A program made the translations under genes and the position numbers. Source: an uncultured Ruminococcus sp. (GTDB lineage Bacteria; Bacillota; Clostridia; Oscillospirales; Ruminococcaceae). From it: 34,430 nucleotides of DNA. Positions within the stretch are counted from its first letter, which is position 1, and every line of letters starts with the position of its first letter. The stretch is taken from NCBI GenBank assembly GCA_947176685.1, contig CAMWRL010000001.1, positions 1 through 34,430 on the forward strand, in the 5' to 3' direction. Below are positions 9,508-18,766 of the stretch, piece by piece. The notes below the pieces were generated by a model. It was not told where the DNA came from, ran no database searches, and was given only the letters and a program-made list of their open reading frames with translations.

Positions 9508-11529
9508 TTATTCCCCGAAAGCCGTTATTATTCTTTCGATTCTCTCCATAAGGTCGCCTGTGAGTACTTTCTTTTCCTCGATTTCCTCAATAATGTCCTG
9601 TCCGTAACTCCTTATATAGTTCATAAGTTCCGTGCGGTATTCTCTTAATTCTTTCAGCGGAATGTCGTCAAAAAAACCGTGCTGTGCGGCATACAGTAAA
9701 ATAACCTGTTCGTAATGCGGAAGCGGATTATATAACGGCTGTTTGAGCAGCTCCGTAAGCATATGACCGTGATTAAGCAAATCAGTTGTAGCCTTGTCGA
9801 GTTCGGACGAAAACTGCGTAAAGATTTCCATTTCCTTGAACTGCGCCAAATCTATACGGAGATTTCCGGCGGCTTTTTTCATAGCCTTGGTCTGAGCCGC
9901 ACCGCCTACACGGGAAACTGAAAGTCCGTAATTTACGGCGGGTCTGAGACCGGAATTGAATAATTCGCTTTCCAGAAAAATCTGACCGTCCGTTATAGAG
10001 ATTACATTTGTGGGGATATATGCCGAAATATCTCCGGCAAGGGTTTCGATAATGGGCAGTGCGGTCAGTGAACCGCCGCCGTGTTCATCATCAAGACGGC
10101 TGGAGCGTTCAAGCAGTCGTGAGTGCAGATAGAAAACGTCACCGGGATAGGCTTCTCGTCCGGGAGGACGGTGCAGCAGCAGTGACATTGCACGATAAGC
10201 AACAGCGTGTTTTGACAGGTCATCATAAACTATTAAAACGTCCCTGCCTTTTGACATGAAGTACTCAGCCATAGCCGTACCGGAATAGGGTGCTATATAC
10301 TGAAACGGTGCGGGTTCGCTTGCGGAAGCCGACACTACTACGGAATATTCCATAGCACCATATTTTTTAAGAGTGCTGACTACCTGTGCAACCGTTGATG
10401 ACTTCTGACCGATTGCAACATATATACAGATAACGTCCTTGCCCTTTTGGTTTATAATAGTATCAACGGCAATTGAAGTTTTTCCGGTTTGTCTGTCGCC
10501 TATTATAAGCTCACGCTGTCCACGACCGATAGGAAACATTGAGTCTATAGCAAGAATACCCGTCTGCAAAGGTACGTTTACGGATTTTCTTTCAATAACG
10601 CCCGGAGCTTCACGTTCGATAGGAAAATAGTCGTCTGCTTTGATAACGCCCAATCCGTCAATCGGAGAGCCGAGAGCGTCAACGACACGCCCGAGAAGTT
10701 CATCACTTACGCCTACTCCGGCACGTTTTCCGGTGCGTACTACGGAAGAACCCTCTGTAAGTCCGTGTTCCTGTCCCAGAAGCACAACACCTGTTGTTTT
10801 TTCTTCAATGCTCTGTACAATACCTCTTATGCCGTTTTCAAATTCAACGAGTTCGCCGTACATAACACTGTTCATTCCGTGAATACGTGCTATACCGTCA
10901 CCGATACGTGTTATGAAACCCGTTTCAGAAGTACCGGACTTTGTGGTAAAATCTTTTACTTCGGTTTTGAGTACGGATATGATGTCACCCGAATTTGCAT
11001 TATCACTGGATTCAATAAGTTCCGTTGCCCTGTTCTTGAAAGTTTCTTTCATAAGTCTGAGGCTTGTACGGTAACTCTTATCATACTCAACGTCACCGGC
11101 ATTAAGTATGAAACCGCCGATTATATCAGGGTCGTGACGGTATTCGATAGCAACGTCTTCCTTGACAAAACGCTCCATAATAAATTTGCGCAAATCCGCC
11201 TGCTGGGATTCGGTAAGGGGAGTGACGTATCTTATAACAGCCCGTATACTGTGCTGTTTTTCAAGAAGTACTTCGCTGTATTCATCAAAGATTTCCGGCA
11301 GACTGTCAGTCATACCGTCCCTGACGGCGTTTATCAGGAATTTGTGCATATTTTCGGGAAAAAGTTTTTTAATTATGTTTCTTTTTTCGTCCTGAGTGAC
11401 AAGAGGATTTGAAAGAGTATCGGCAACGTCCGGACAGGTAACAAAGACATTTCTTACTGTATCAATATCTTCCTGCGGAATATCAAGCCGGATAAGCTCT
11501 TTAAGAAAATCTTTCTGATTGTCTTTCAT
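9508..11529 (-). CDS. atpA: Fused ATP synthase delta-alpha subunit (AtpH-AtpA)
   Basis: Residues 1-165 are delta/OSCP-like ([17 protein letters not shown]; [10 protein letters not shown]; [20 protein letters not shown]). After a ~14-aa linker comes a full alpha ([48 protein letters not shown]). There is no separate atpH in the operon. Confidence 0.95.
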   Translation of the reverse strand: MKDNQKDFLKELIRLDIPQEDIDTVRNVFVTCPDVADTLSNPLVTQDEKRNIIKKLFPENMHKFLINAVRDGMTDSLPEIFDEYSEVLLEKQHSIRAVIRYVTPLTESQQADLRKFIMERFVKEDVAIEYRHDPDIIGGFILNAGDVEYDKSYRTSLRLMKETFKNRATELIESSDNANSGDIISVLKTEVKDFTTKSGTSETGFITRIGDGIARIHGMNSVMYGELVEFENGIRGIVQSIEEKTTGVVLLGQEHGLTEGSSVVRTGKRAGVGVSDELLGRVVDALGSPIDGLGVIKADDYFPIEREAPGVIERKSVNVPLQTGILAIDSMFPIGRGQRELIIGDRQTGKTSIAVDTIINQKGKDVICIYVAIGQKSSTVAQVVSTLKKYGAMEYSVVVSASASEPAPFQYIAPYSGTAMAEYFMSKGRDVLIVYDDLSKHAVAYRAMSLLLHRPPGREAYPGDVFYLHSRLLERSSRLDDEHGGGSLTALPIIETLAGDISAYIPTNVISITDGQIFLESELFNSGLRPAVNYGLSVSRVGGAAQTKAMKKAAGNLRIDLAQFKEMEIFTQFSSELDKATTDLLNHGHMLTELLKQPLYNPLPHYEQVILLYAAQHGFFDDIPLKELREYRTELMNYIRSYGQDIIEEIEEKKVLTGDLMERIERIITAFGE

Positions 11530-12039
11530 TTAGTTGTCACTCTCCTCTGCCGAAAGAAATTCATCTATAAGACGGCGGTTTTTTTCATCATCAACGTTTT
11601 CGCCGATAATCTTTGAAGCCGCTTCAATAGCAAGGTCTGCAATCTGTGTCTGAGCCTGCTGAATGATTCTTTTTCTTTCGTTTTCAATCGTCCTGCCTGC
11701 ATCGCTGATTATTTCGGAAGCTTCTTCCTGCGATTTTTTCAGAATAGCGGCTTTTTCTGCTTCTGCTTCATCGTGGGCTTTCATAATAATGCGCTGAGCT
11801 TCTTCTTTGGCACTGCTGATGCTGTCGGCATACTGTTGTTTAAGTTCTTCGGCTTCCTGACGGGCTTTTTCAGCTTCGTCCATATTGTCCTGAATGGTTC
11901 TGGTACGTTCGTTCATTATTTTGTGTATCGGCTTGAAAAGGAATATTCTCAGCAGGATAAACAGTATGATAATATTTACTGCTGACCATATGAAATTCCA
12001 GATATTAATGTCAAGCATTGTACCTTTTAATGCGTCCAT
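11530..12039 (-). CDS. atpF: Fo ATP synthase b subunit
   Basis: N-terminal TM helix, FLFKPI..IMNER, long charged coiled coil, LAIEAASKII; operon position. Confidence 0.95.
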   Translation of the reverse strand: MDALKGTMLDINIWNFIWSAVNIIILFILLRIFLFKPIHKIMNERTRTIQDNMDEAEKARQEAEELKQQYADSISSAKEEAQRIIMKAHDEAEAEKAAILKKSQEEASEIISDAGRTIENERKRIIQQAQTQIADLAIEAASKIIGENVDDEKNRRLIDEFLSAEESDN

Positions 12040-12077
12040 TCTGTAACTTCCTTTCTTCTGGTTTATCTGAATGTTGA

Positions 12078-12299
12078 TTATTTAAGAATGAAGATAATCA
12101 GAATTGCGATAACGAAGCCGTAAATAGCGGTAGCTTCAGCAAGCGCACAGCCCAGAAGGAGAGCCTTGTTAATATCGCCTTTGGCTTCAGGCTGACGAGC
12201 GATAGCGTCAGCGGCTTTGGAAGTTGCGATACCAATACCAATACCTGCGCCCATACCTGTAAGTACGGCAAGACCTGCACCAATTGCTACTAAACCCAT
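12078..12299 (-). CDS. atpE: Fo ATP synthase c subunit
   Basis: GxGxGxG helix, ARQPEA loop, ALAEATAIYG with the ion-binding Glu. Confidence 0.97.
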   Translation of the reverse strand: MGLVAIGAGLAVLTGMGAGIGIGIATSKAADAIARQPEAKGDINKALLLGCALAEATAIYGFVIAILIIFILK

Positions 12300-12333
12300 A
12301 ATAAATTACCTCCGTAAAATTTTTAAAAAATAG

Positions 12334-13020
12334 TCATTCACTTTCCATAGCTTCAGACATGAAAAGTGAAGTAAGGAATACAAATACATAAGCCTGAATA
12401 CAGCCGTCGAAAATATCAAAGTAGAAACTGAAAACCAGAGGAAGTCCCACCGGCAGCATCATCTTGATAAGTTCCATTACAACGAACGCACCCAGAACGT
12501 TACCGAAAAGTCGCATACATAATGAAAGCGGTTTGATAACGATTTCAAGGATATTCATAGGCAGCATCAAGGGCATAGGTTCTTTGAAACTTTTCAGCCA
12601 GCCTTTGAGACCCTTTTCCCTGACACCGCTGAACTGTATCAGCAGTATAGCAAAAATCGCAAGTGTTGCGGTAACGCCCAAATCCTTTGTAGGGGGGCGG
12701 AGTCCGAAAAGACCTATGATATTTGACATACCTATATATATAAGGAAAGTTTCGAGTATGGAGAGATATTTTCTGCCTTTTTCTCCGAGAATTTCGAGGA
12801 AGAAATTATTCATCCATTCGATACCGGCTTCAATAAGGCACTGAGTACCTGTCGGGACGGTTTTAAGCTTACGCACCAGCAGTATTGAAGCAATTACCAG
12901 TACAGCCATTATAATCCAAGTTATAACGCATGATTCCGGCACGGGTATTCCACCGAGAACGGGTATTGTAAAAGCCACACGGCATTCAAGTTCCTCCATA
13001 AGTTTTTCTGCAATATCCAT
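12334..13020 (-). CDS. atpB: Fo ATP synthase a subunit
   Basis: PPTKD, PMNILE...KPLSLCMRLFGN (conserved Arg), IQAYVFVFLT. Start moved to ATG 13020, which follows AGAAGGTG. Confidence 0.95.
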   Translation of the reverse strand: MDIAEKLMEELECRVAFTIPVLGGIPVPESCVITWIIMAVLVIASILLVRKLKTVPTGTQCLIEAGIEWMNNFFLEILGEKGRKYLSILETFLIYIGMSNIIGLFGLRPPTKDLGVTATLAIFAILLIQFSGVREKGLKGWLKSFKEPMPLMLPMNILEIVIKPLSLCMRLFGNVLGAFVVMELIKMMLPVGLPLVFSFYFDIFDGCIQAYVFVFLTSLFMSEAMESE

Positions 13021-13160
13021 AATATCACACCTTCTTTCGTTTTGAAATAAAGAAAACGGAGACAGCGCAATGGCATAAATCCCCGTTGATTTTGTCAGAA
13101 TAAGTACTGCAAAGCATATCCGAAACAATATCCGACAGCCATAATTTTACTTCTTTTATT

Positions 13161-13189
13161 ATCATATAACAAATTTTTTTCAAAGTCAA
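13161..13189 (-). promoter_or_regulatory. Sigma-A promoter of the atp operon
   Basis: TTGACT (13189-13184), 17-bp spacer, TATGAT (13166-13161). Confidence 0.6.
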
Positions 13190-13239
13190 TAGTTAATTGA
13201 AAATTTTCACATTTCAACCAAAAAAAATCTGTACAAAGT

Positions 13240-13644
13240 TTAATGAGATGTATTGTTTTCAGTTATGTCTATAGCCTTGTTGAGGCGGTCAATAGCACTT
13301 GTATTGAGTTTTGACGTCAGCCTTACACGGTCAAGCTCGGCTTTTAGAGCTTTCAGTTCAGCGGCGATTGATTTCATAGCATTGGAGTGTTCAGTATTTA
13401 TCTTGTTTACTGCTTCAAGCTGTTTGTCTGCCAGACGGTGCAGTGTTTCAGTAAGCTGTAAGTTCTGGTCTTCCAGAAAGCACACTCTTTTTATAAGGTC
13501 ATTGACGTTTGCGGCAAGAAGATTATTGGCTGTATTCTGTTTTTCACCGAAGTCCGCAAGCCTTGTACCTGCCTGAAAAGCTGATATTTTTTCCTCGCTG
13601 TCAAAAGTTTTCATCTTTGCGTTGGTTAACTTCATATCTGACAT
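13240..13644 (-). CDS. Hypothetical coiled-coil protein, last gene of the glycan cluster
   Basis: 134 aa, heptad-like helices (IAAELKALKAELDRVRL); SD AAAGGA inside the rmd 3' end. Confidence 0.7.
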   Translation of the reverse strand: MSDMKLTNAKMKTFDSEEKISAFQAGTRLADFGEKQNTANNLLAANVNDLIKRVCFLEDQNLQLTETLHRLADKQLEAVNKINTEHSNAMKSIAAELKALKAELDRVRLTSKLNTSAIDRLNKAIDITENNTSH

Positions 13645-13651
13645 TAATATA

Positions 13652-14587
13652 TTAGTCCTTTCCTTTCAAATTTTCACGCCAGTAGTCAAGCGTGTCCGAA
13701 ATAGTCTGTTCTATAGGTATTTCAGCCGTCCAGCCCGTATCGCTGAAAATCTCTGATACATCGGGTTCAATCACGGGAATGTCCGAAGCTCTTAAACGAT
13801 TCGGGTCAATTTTATGAGTTATGGGAATTTCCGAAAATCCCATAGCCGTATTGAGTATATACTCTATGCTGACGGCTTTTCCACGACCGACATTGTACGT
13901 TTTTCCGGAAACGCCCTTTTCCCCTAAAAGTCTGTACGCTCTCACAATGTCCCTCACATCTGTGAAGTCCCTTTTTGCAGAAAGATTTCCTGTACATATT
14001 TCCGGAGTTTTCAGACCTTTTTCAATCTGGGCAATCTGTTTGCAGAAATCTGAAATTACAAAAGTTTCCGCTTGCCCTGCTCCCGAATGGTTGAAAGCCC
14101 TTACCGTAATAATGTCCCTGTTGTATGCACGATGATATATTTTTCCAATCATTTCGGCGCAGACTTTTGAAACAGCATAGATATTTGCCGGATTCAGATT
14201 TTCAGTTTCCTTTATGGGACAGGTGTTTTCAAGTATAAAGCCGTATTCTTCGCCCGACCCTATAAGGACAAGTCTTGTATTATCCGGCAGGGCTTCCATA
14301 ACGTTTATAGAACCGATTATATTTATTTCGGCGGTAAGCTGAGGTTTTTTCCACGATACCGCAACAGAACTCTGTGCCGCAAGGTGATATATTATGTCGG
14401 GAGTTATTTTGCAGATAAGGCTCTTGACGGCATCTTTGTCCAGAACGTCCAGAACGTGCCGGAAACATTCCGGCTGTATAGTTTCGTGTGGAAGATGTGT
14501 GGCGTGGACTTCCCAGCCGCTGGCGGACAACTCATTTATCAGGTAACCGCCCACAAATCCAGCCGCACCTATAATCAGAACTTTCAT
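13652..14587 (-). CDS. rmd: GDP-4-keto-6-deoxy-D-mannose reductase (Rmd-like extended SDR)
   Basis: GAAGFVG, HLAAQSSV, GSGEEYG, YAVSK, RAFNHSG, GNLSAKRDFTDVRDIVRAY; clustered with gmd and manC. Confidence 0.75.
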   Translation of the reverse strand: MKVLIIGAAGFVGGYLINELSASGWEVHATHLPHETIQPECFRHVLDVLDKDAVKSLICKITPDIIYHLAAQSSVAVSWKKPQLTAEINIIGSINVMEALPDNTRLVLIGSGEEYGFILENTCPIKETENLNPANIYAVSKVCAEMIGKIYHRAYNRDIITVRAFNHSGAGQAETFVISDFCKQIAQIEKGLKTPEICTGNLSAKRDFTDVRDIVRAYRLLGEKGVSGKTYNVGRGKAVSIEYILNTAMGFSEIPITHKIDPNRLRASDIPVIEPDVSEIFSDTGWTAEIPIEQTISDTLDYWRENLKGKD

Positions 14588-15714
14588 AAATTCACCTCAT
14601 CAGTCATTATTCCGGAGAGTTTTTCAATAATATATTTCTGGTTGAAGTCTGTTAAAACTCTTTTCCGTGCGTACTGTCCGAATTTTTCACGGAGAGTTTT
14701 ATTTCTGCATAACGTCTCAATAGCCTTTGCAAGCTGTCGGGGATTTTCCGGCTGTACAGTAAGACCGGTTTTTCCGTGAACACTTACATAAGGCACTCCG
14801 GACGGCAGATTTGTATTTATTACGGGTTTGCCGTAAACCATAGCTTCAAGCTGTACAATGCCGAAGGCTTCACTTTTTGCAACGGACGGCAGTACAAATA
14901 TATCGCAATCCGCATATGACTGTTTAAGCTGTCTTTCCGACAGGAATCCTAAAAAATGCACTCTGTCAGAAATGCCATATTCACGGACTTTTTCTTTCAG
15001 CGAATTTTCAAGAACACCTGTTCCGGCAATGAACAGCTCGCAGTTGCTTTTCACCTGACTGAACGCCTTTATAAGTACGTCAACGCCCTTGTAATAGACA
15101 AGCCGTCCTGTAAAAAATATCTTTATGCTGTCCGGATAAGTGCATTTTTCCGTAAGAAACGGCACTCTTTCAATATTCAGATATTCTCCGGCGTCCAGAC
15201 CATAGGGAAGTATTTTACATTTTTTTCTGTACTCCGGCAGCCATTCGGAGCCGCTTATATGACCCTCTGTCGCAACAAGAATACAGTCGGCACGGTTGAG
15301 CAGATATTTCAACAAAGGTTTATACAATGTTAAAAGTTTCTTCTGTTTCACGATGTCGCTGTGCCACGAAACTATTACCGCACCTTTATAGCCGGACAGC
15401 AGAAGCGCAAAGTCCGCTAACGGAAAAGGTACGTGTATATGAATAATATCAGCTTTTGCGGACATCTTCCGGAAAAGTTTCAGAAACGACAGCGACAGCG
15501 GACACGAAAAATAAGTCCCCAGACTTCCGGCACGGGTAAGCTTTACGCCGTTGAGGGTTTCGGAGTAAGTTTTTCCCCGACCGTCACGGCAGACAAGCGT
15601 CCGGACTTCAAAATTATCCAGTTCTTCGGAGTACTGTTTTACAAGAGTTTCAATACCGCCCGTGTGCGGAAAATACGCCTTGTTGACTTCAAGTACACGG
15701 ATTTTTCTGTTCAT
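14584..15714 (-). CDS. GT4 glycosyltransferase
   Basis: GGIET, GRLVYYKG, EAFGIVQLEAM. Start moved to ATG 15714 (MNRKIRVL), which follows AAGGAG. Confidence 0.9.
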   Translation of the reverse strand: MNRKIRVLEVNKAYFPHTGGIETLVKQYSEELDNFEVRTLVCRDGRGKTYSETLNGVKLTRAGSLGTYFSCPLSLSFLKLFRKMSAKADIIHIHVPFPLADFALLLSGYKGAVIVSWHSDIVKQKKLLTLYKPLLKYLLNRADCILVATEGHISGSEWLPEYRKKCKILPYGLDAGEYLNIERVPFLTEKCTYPDSIKIFFTGRLVYYKGVDVLIKAFSQVKSNCELFIAGTGVLENSLKEKVREYGISDRVHFLGFLSERQLKQSYADCDIFVLPSVAKSEAFGIVQLEAMVYGKPVINTNLPSGVPYVSVHGKTGLTVQPENPRQLAKAIETLCRNKTLREKFGQYARKRVLTDFNQKYIIEKLSGIMTDEVNL

Positions 15715-16855
15715 TGGCAAGCTCCTTGTATATAGCGTGTAACTTTTCGGCAGAGCGTTCCCATGTGAAAAGTCCGGCACGTTCCAAACCACGACGGCTT
15801 AAGTCTTTCCGCAAGTCCGGATTTTTATATAACCTGTACAGACCTTTTGCTATGCTTTTCACGGAGTATGCGTCACATATAACGGCGCAGTCTCCGGTAA
15901 CTTCGGGCAGTGAGGCTTCGCCGGACGTAAGGACGGGTACTCCGCAAGCCATAGCTTCAAGCGGCGGCATTCCGAAACCCTCATAAAGCGACGGAAACAC
16001 AAATGCCATTGCTCCGCACATCAGAGGCGTCATATCTTCAGACGGCACATACTTTGTGAATATAATATTATCTTCAATATCAAGTTTTTTCACAAGTGCA
16101 TAAATATTGTCGCATAACCAGCCCTTTGCTCCTGCAAGGACGAGTTTCGGCGGTGACTGTACGTGTCTGCAAAAAACGTTATAAGCCCTTATCAGACGTA
16201 CTAAATTCTTGCGAGGTTCAATAGTTCCGACATACAGAAAGTACTCATTGTCAATGTCAAGGGACTTTTTGACCTTTGCTATAGTTTCGGGACTGCCGCA
16301 CGGTCTGAAACGTTCGCAGTCCACGCCGCAGGGAACTACACGTATTTTTTCTGAATATTCCGGAAAATATTTGATAATTTCGCTTCTGGAAAACTCCGAG
16401 TCCGTAACTATAATGTCGGCACGTTTCATAGACTTTTTAAGACCCGTTTCAAGCATAAAACGTGTACGACCTCTTACTGTTTCCGGAAAAGCCCTGTAAA
16501 CCATATCGTGAACTGTAACCACTTTTTTACCGTGAACAAACGGCGGTATTATATAGTTGAAAAAATGCGTTATATCGGAGCGTTTTCCGAAAAAGAGCGA
16601 GTACGGCACGGGCAGAAATGTTGACATTCCCCTGTAGAGGTAGCCCGAAAAATCCGAATAATTAAGTTTTATGTTGTTTCCGGCAAAACTGCGGGCTTTT
16701 TCTATGCGTGAAGCTTTTCCGCTTGTAAAGAAACTGTATTCATAATTGTCTTCCGGAAAAAGTTTTGCTAAAGCCTGCGTCTGACCGACTTCGCACCAGC
16801 CTATGCCCGTAATTTTGTCGGCAGTTACCGGAACGGCATCAAATGTTATATTCAA
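15689..16855 (-). CDS. GT4 glycosyltransferase (mannosyl/rhamnosyl-transferase-like)
   Basis: VTVHDM, GTIEPRKN, FPSLYEGFGMPPLEAMACG. Probable start is TTG 16855, overlapping the upstream TGA and downstream of GGGGGTGA. Confidence 0.9.
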   Translation of the reverse strand: MNITFDAVPVTADKITGIGWCEVGQTQALAKLFPEDNYEYSFFTSGKASRIEKARSFAGNNIKLNYSDFSGYLYRGMSTFLPVPYSLFFGKRSDITHFFNYIIPPFVHGKKVVTVHDMVYRAFPETVRGRTRFMLETGLKKSMKRADIIVTDSEFSRSEIIKYFPEYSEKIRVVPCGVDCERFRPCGSPETIAKVKKSLDIDNEYFLYVGTIEPRKNLVRLIRAYNVFCRHVQSPPKLVLAGAKGWLCDNIYALVKKLDIEDNIIFTKYVPSEDMTPLMCGAMAFVFPSLYEGFGMPPLEAMACGVPVLTSGEASLPEVTGDCAVICDAYSVKSIAKGLYRLYKNPDLRKDLSRRGLERAGLFTWERSAEKLHAIYKELANEQKNPCT

Positions 16856-17196
16856 ATCCAATCACCCCCGTGCAAACTAAGTATCAGATAGGCAAGCCAC
16901 CCACCCGACAGCAAACAGAAAAATATATTTGTGTGTTTTTTTTCACGGCATTGTTTATATATCTCTCTGCTTATGTCATCATCTGTAAAGAATCCGCTTT
17001 TTTTCAGATAACTGAATTGTTTCGCAAATATTATTGTATCTTTAACATTTTTCAGAAAAAGAATCACAAAAGCAGAAATAAAAGATACTAAAAACGGTAT
17101 TCCACTGCCGTCAAAAATCAAGCCATAAAGAAGTGTTGCTGTAATGATAAATATAATAAGAAGAACTTTCCATGTATCTTTGAGGAATTTTCTCAT
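16852..17196 (-). CDS. Small membrane protein (about 3 TM)
   Basis: Three hydrophobic stretches; SD AAAGGAG; overlaps the downstream GT4 start. Confidence 0.7.
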   Translation of the reverse strand: MRKFLKDTWKVLLIIFIITATLLYGLIFDGSGIPFLVSFISAFVILFLKNVKDTIIFAKQFSYLKKSGFFTDDDISREIYKQCREKKHTNIFFCLLSGGWLAYLILSLHGGDWI

Positions 17197-17207
17197 AGTT
17201 TCTCCTT

Positions 17208-17738
17208 TCAGACTATCAGAAAAACAAGTCCGGACAAAGCAAGAGTAAATATTATAAGTGAAAAAATCAGACTTATTATACAGCCTGTAAGCGACTGTAC
17301 CGGAATATAGAAATCTTCGGGCTTTTCGGGATTATATACCACAGTGAATTTTTTCTTGTATTCGGGTTGGGATATATATAATAATCTGAATTTTTTTGAA
17401 TGAAGTTTCCCGTTTTTGTCGGAGAATGTAATTTCTGAAAAGTCCTGTGTTCTGTTATTACAGTATCTGGTAAGTATTCCGTCAGCTTTCAGACCGTTTT
17501 TCAGAGTGTGCAGACAGTTTTTTATATTTCTTATACTGAAAAATACAGGGAAAAACGCTCCGATTGCGAGGAATGCCAGAAGCGGAATAAGACTGTTCAG
17601 CAGTCCGCTGACAACAAGAACAGCCATAAATATAAATCCCACCAGAAATATCCGCCAGCTATGTTGAATCAGAAGTATAAACATCATTACGGGTAATTTT
17701 ATACAATAGAAAAACAGATTCGACAGGAATTTTTTCAT
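17208..17738 (-). CDS. Membrane protein with a small soluble beta domain (DUF3592-like)
   Basis: N-terminal TM pair, ITFSDKNGK...VVYNPEKPEDF, C-terminal TM; ATGA overlap with the gmd stop. Confidence 0.65.
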   Translation of the reverse strand: MKKFLSNLFFYCIKLPVMMFILLIQHSWRIFLVGFIFMAVLVVSGLLNSLIPLLAFLAIGAFFPVFFSIRNIKNCLHTLKNGLKADGILTRYCNNRTQDFSEITFSDKNGKLHSKKFRLLYISQPEYKKKFTVVYNPEKPEDFYIPVQSLTGCIISLIFSLIIFTLALSGLVFLIV

Positions 17739-18751
17739 TTTCCGGACTTTATCAAATCCATATCATTTTTAACCATTCTTTCAACGAGTTCTGAGAAAGA
17801 TATTTCACGTTTCCAGCCGAGAATTTTTTCTGCTTTTTCAGGATTTCCAAGCAGAATGTCAACCTCTGCCGGACGGAAAAATTTTTTATTGACTTTAACG
17901 ACAGTTTTTCCGGTAGCTTTGTCAATGCCGGTTTCGTCAACACCCTGTCCGTGCCATTCGATTTCGATTCCGGCGTGACGAAATGCAGTTTCCGCAAACT
18001 CACGCACTGTACGGGTTTCGTTGGTAGCAATAACATAGTCGTCGGGTTTGTCCTGCTGTAGCATAAGCCACATAGCCTTTACATAGTCTTTGGAATGTCC
18101 CCAGTCACGTTTTGAATCAAGATTTCCGAGTTCAACGCAGTCCCTGAGTCCGAGACTTATTTCAACGGCGGATTTTGTGATTTTTCTTGTCACAAACTCT
18201 ATACCACGCCTTTCGCTTTCGTGGTTGAAAAGTATTCCCGAACACGCAAACATACTATAGCTTTCACGGTAGTTTTTGGTAATCCAGTGACCGTATAATT
18301 TAGCCACGCCGTAAGGACTTCTGGGGTAGAAAGGTGTTTTTTCGGTCTGGGGTATTTCCTGAACCAGTCCGAACATTTCGGAGGTTGAAGCCTGATAGAA
18401 TTTAGCGTCCGGCTTGACAATGCGGATAGCTTCGAGCATATTCGTAACGCCGAGAGCGTCAATTTCGGCGGTACTGAGGGGAGTGTCCCAGCTTGTCGCA
18501 ACAAACGACTGCGCCGCAAGGTTGTAAACCTCATCAGCCTGAGAGATTTTCATAGCCGAAATCAGTGAAACAGGGTCAGTCATATCGGCATAGATGAGGT
18601 TTACCCTGTCTTTGAGATGACCTATATTTCCGTAATCAACAGTAGCCTTTCTTCTCCAGATTCCATAGACGTTGTAACCCTTTTCGAGCAGGAGTTCGGC
18701 AAGATATGAGCCGTCCTGTCCGGTAATTCCTGTAATAAGTGCGTTTTTCAT
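17735..18751 (-). CDS. gmd: GDP-mannose 4,6-dehydratase
   Basis: ALITGITGQDGSYLAE, YNLAAQSFV, FYQASTSE, PRSPYGVAKLY, GILFNHES, RDWGH. Confidence 0.97.
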   Translation of the reverse strand: MKNALITGITGQDGSYLAELLLEKGYNVYGIWRRKATVDYGNIGHLKDRVNLIYADMTDPVSLISAMKISQADEVYNLAAQSFVATSWDTPLSTAEIDALGVTNMLEAIRIVKPDAKFYQASTSEMFGLVQEIPQTEKTPFYPRSPYGVAKLYGHWITKNYRESYSMFACSGILFNHESERRGIEFVTRKITKSAVEISLGLRDCVELGNLDSKRDWGHSKDYVKAMWLMLQQDKPDDYVIATNETRTVREFAETAFRHAGIEIEWHGQGVDETGIDKATGKTVVKVNKKFFRPAEVDILLGNPEKAEKILGWKREISFSELVERMVKNDMDLIKSGK

Positions 18752-18766
18752 AATAAATTCTCCTTT

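Noticed and set aside
11050-11052. Internal ATG as an independent alpha start
   Set aside because: It lies in the delta C-terminal helix with no SD upstream.
10765-11412. 215-aa plus-strand ORF and the many other antisense ORFs over secDF, atp, glycan and adhesin genes
   Set aside because: Shadow frames of well-supported genes with no recognisable motifs.
13021-13128. Hydrophobic 36-aa in-frame extension of atpB as an atpI remnant
   Set aside because: No SD for TTG 13128, too short, and no recognisable AtpI similarity; ATG 13020 has a good SD.
15715-15792. Longer start for the first GT4
   Set aside because: It would overlap the upstream GT4 by about 100 bp; the SD supports ATG 15714.
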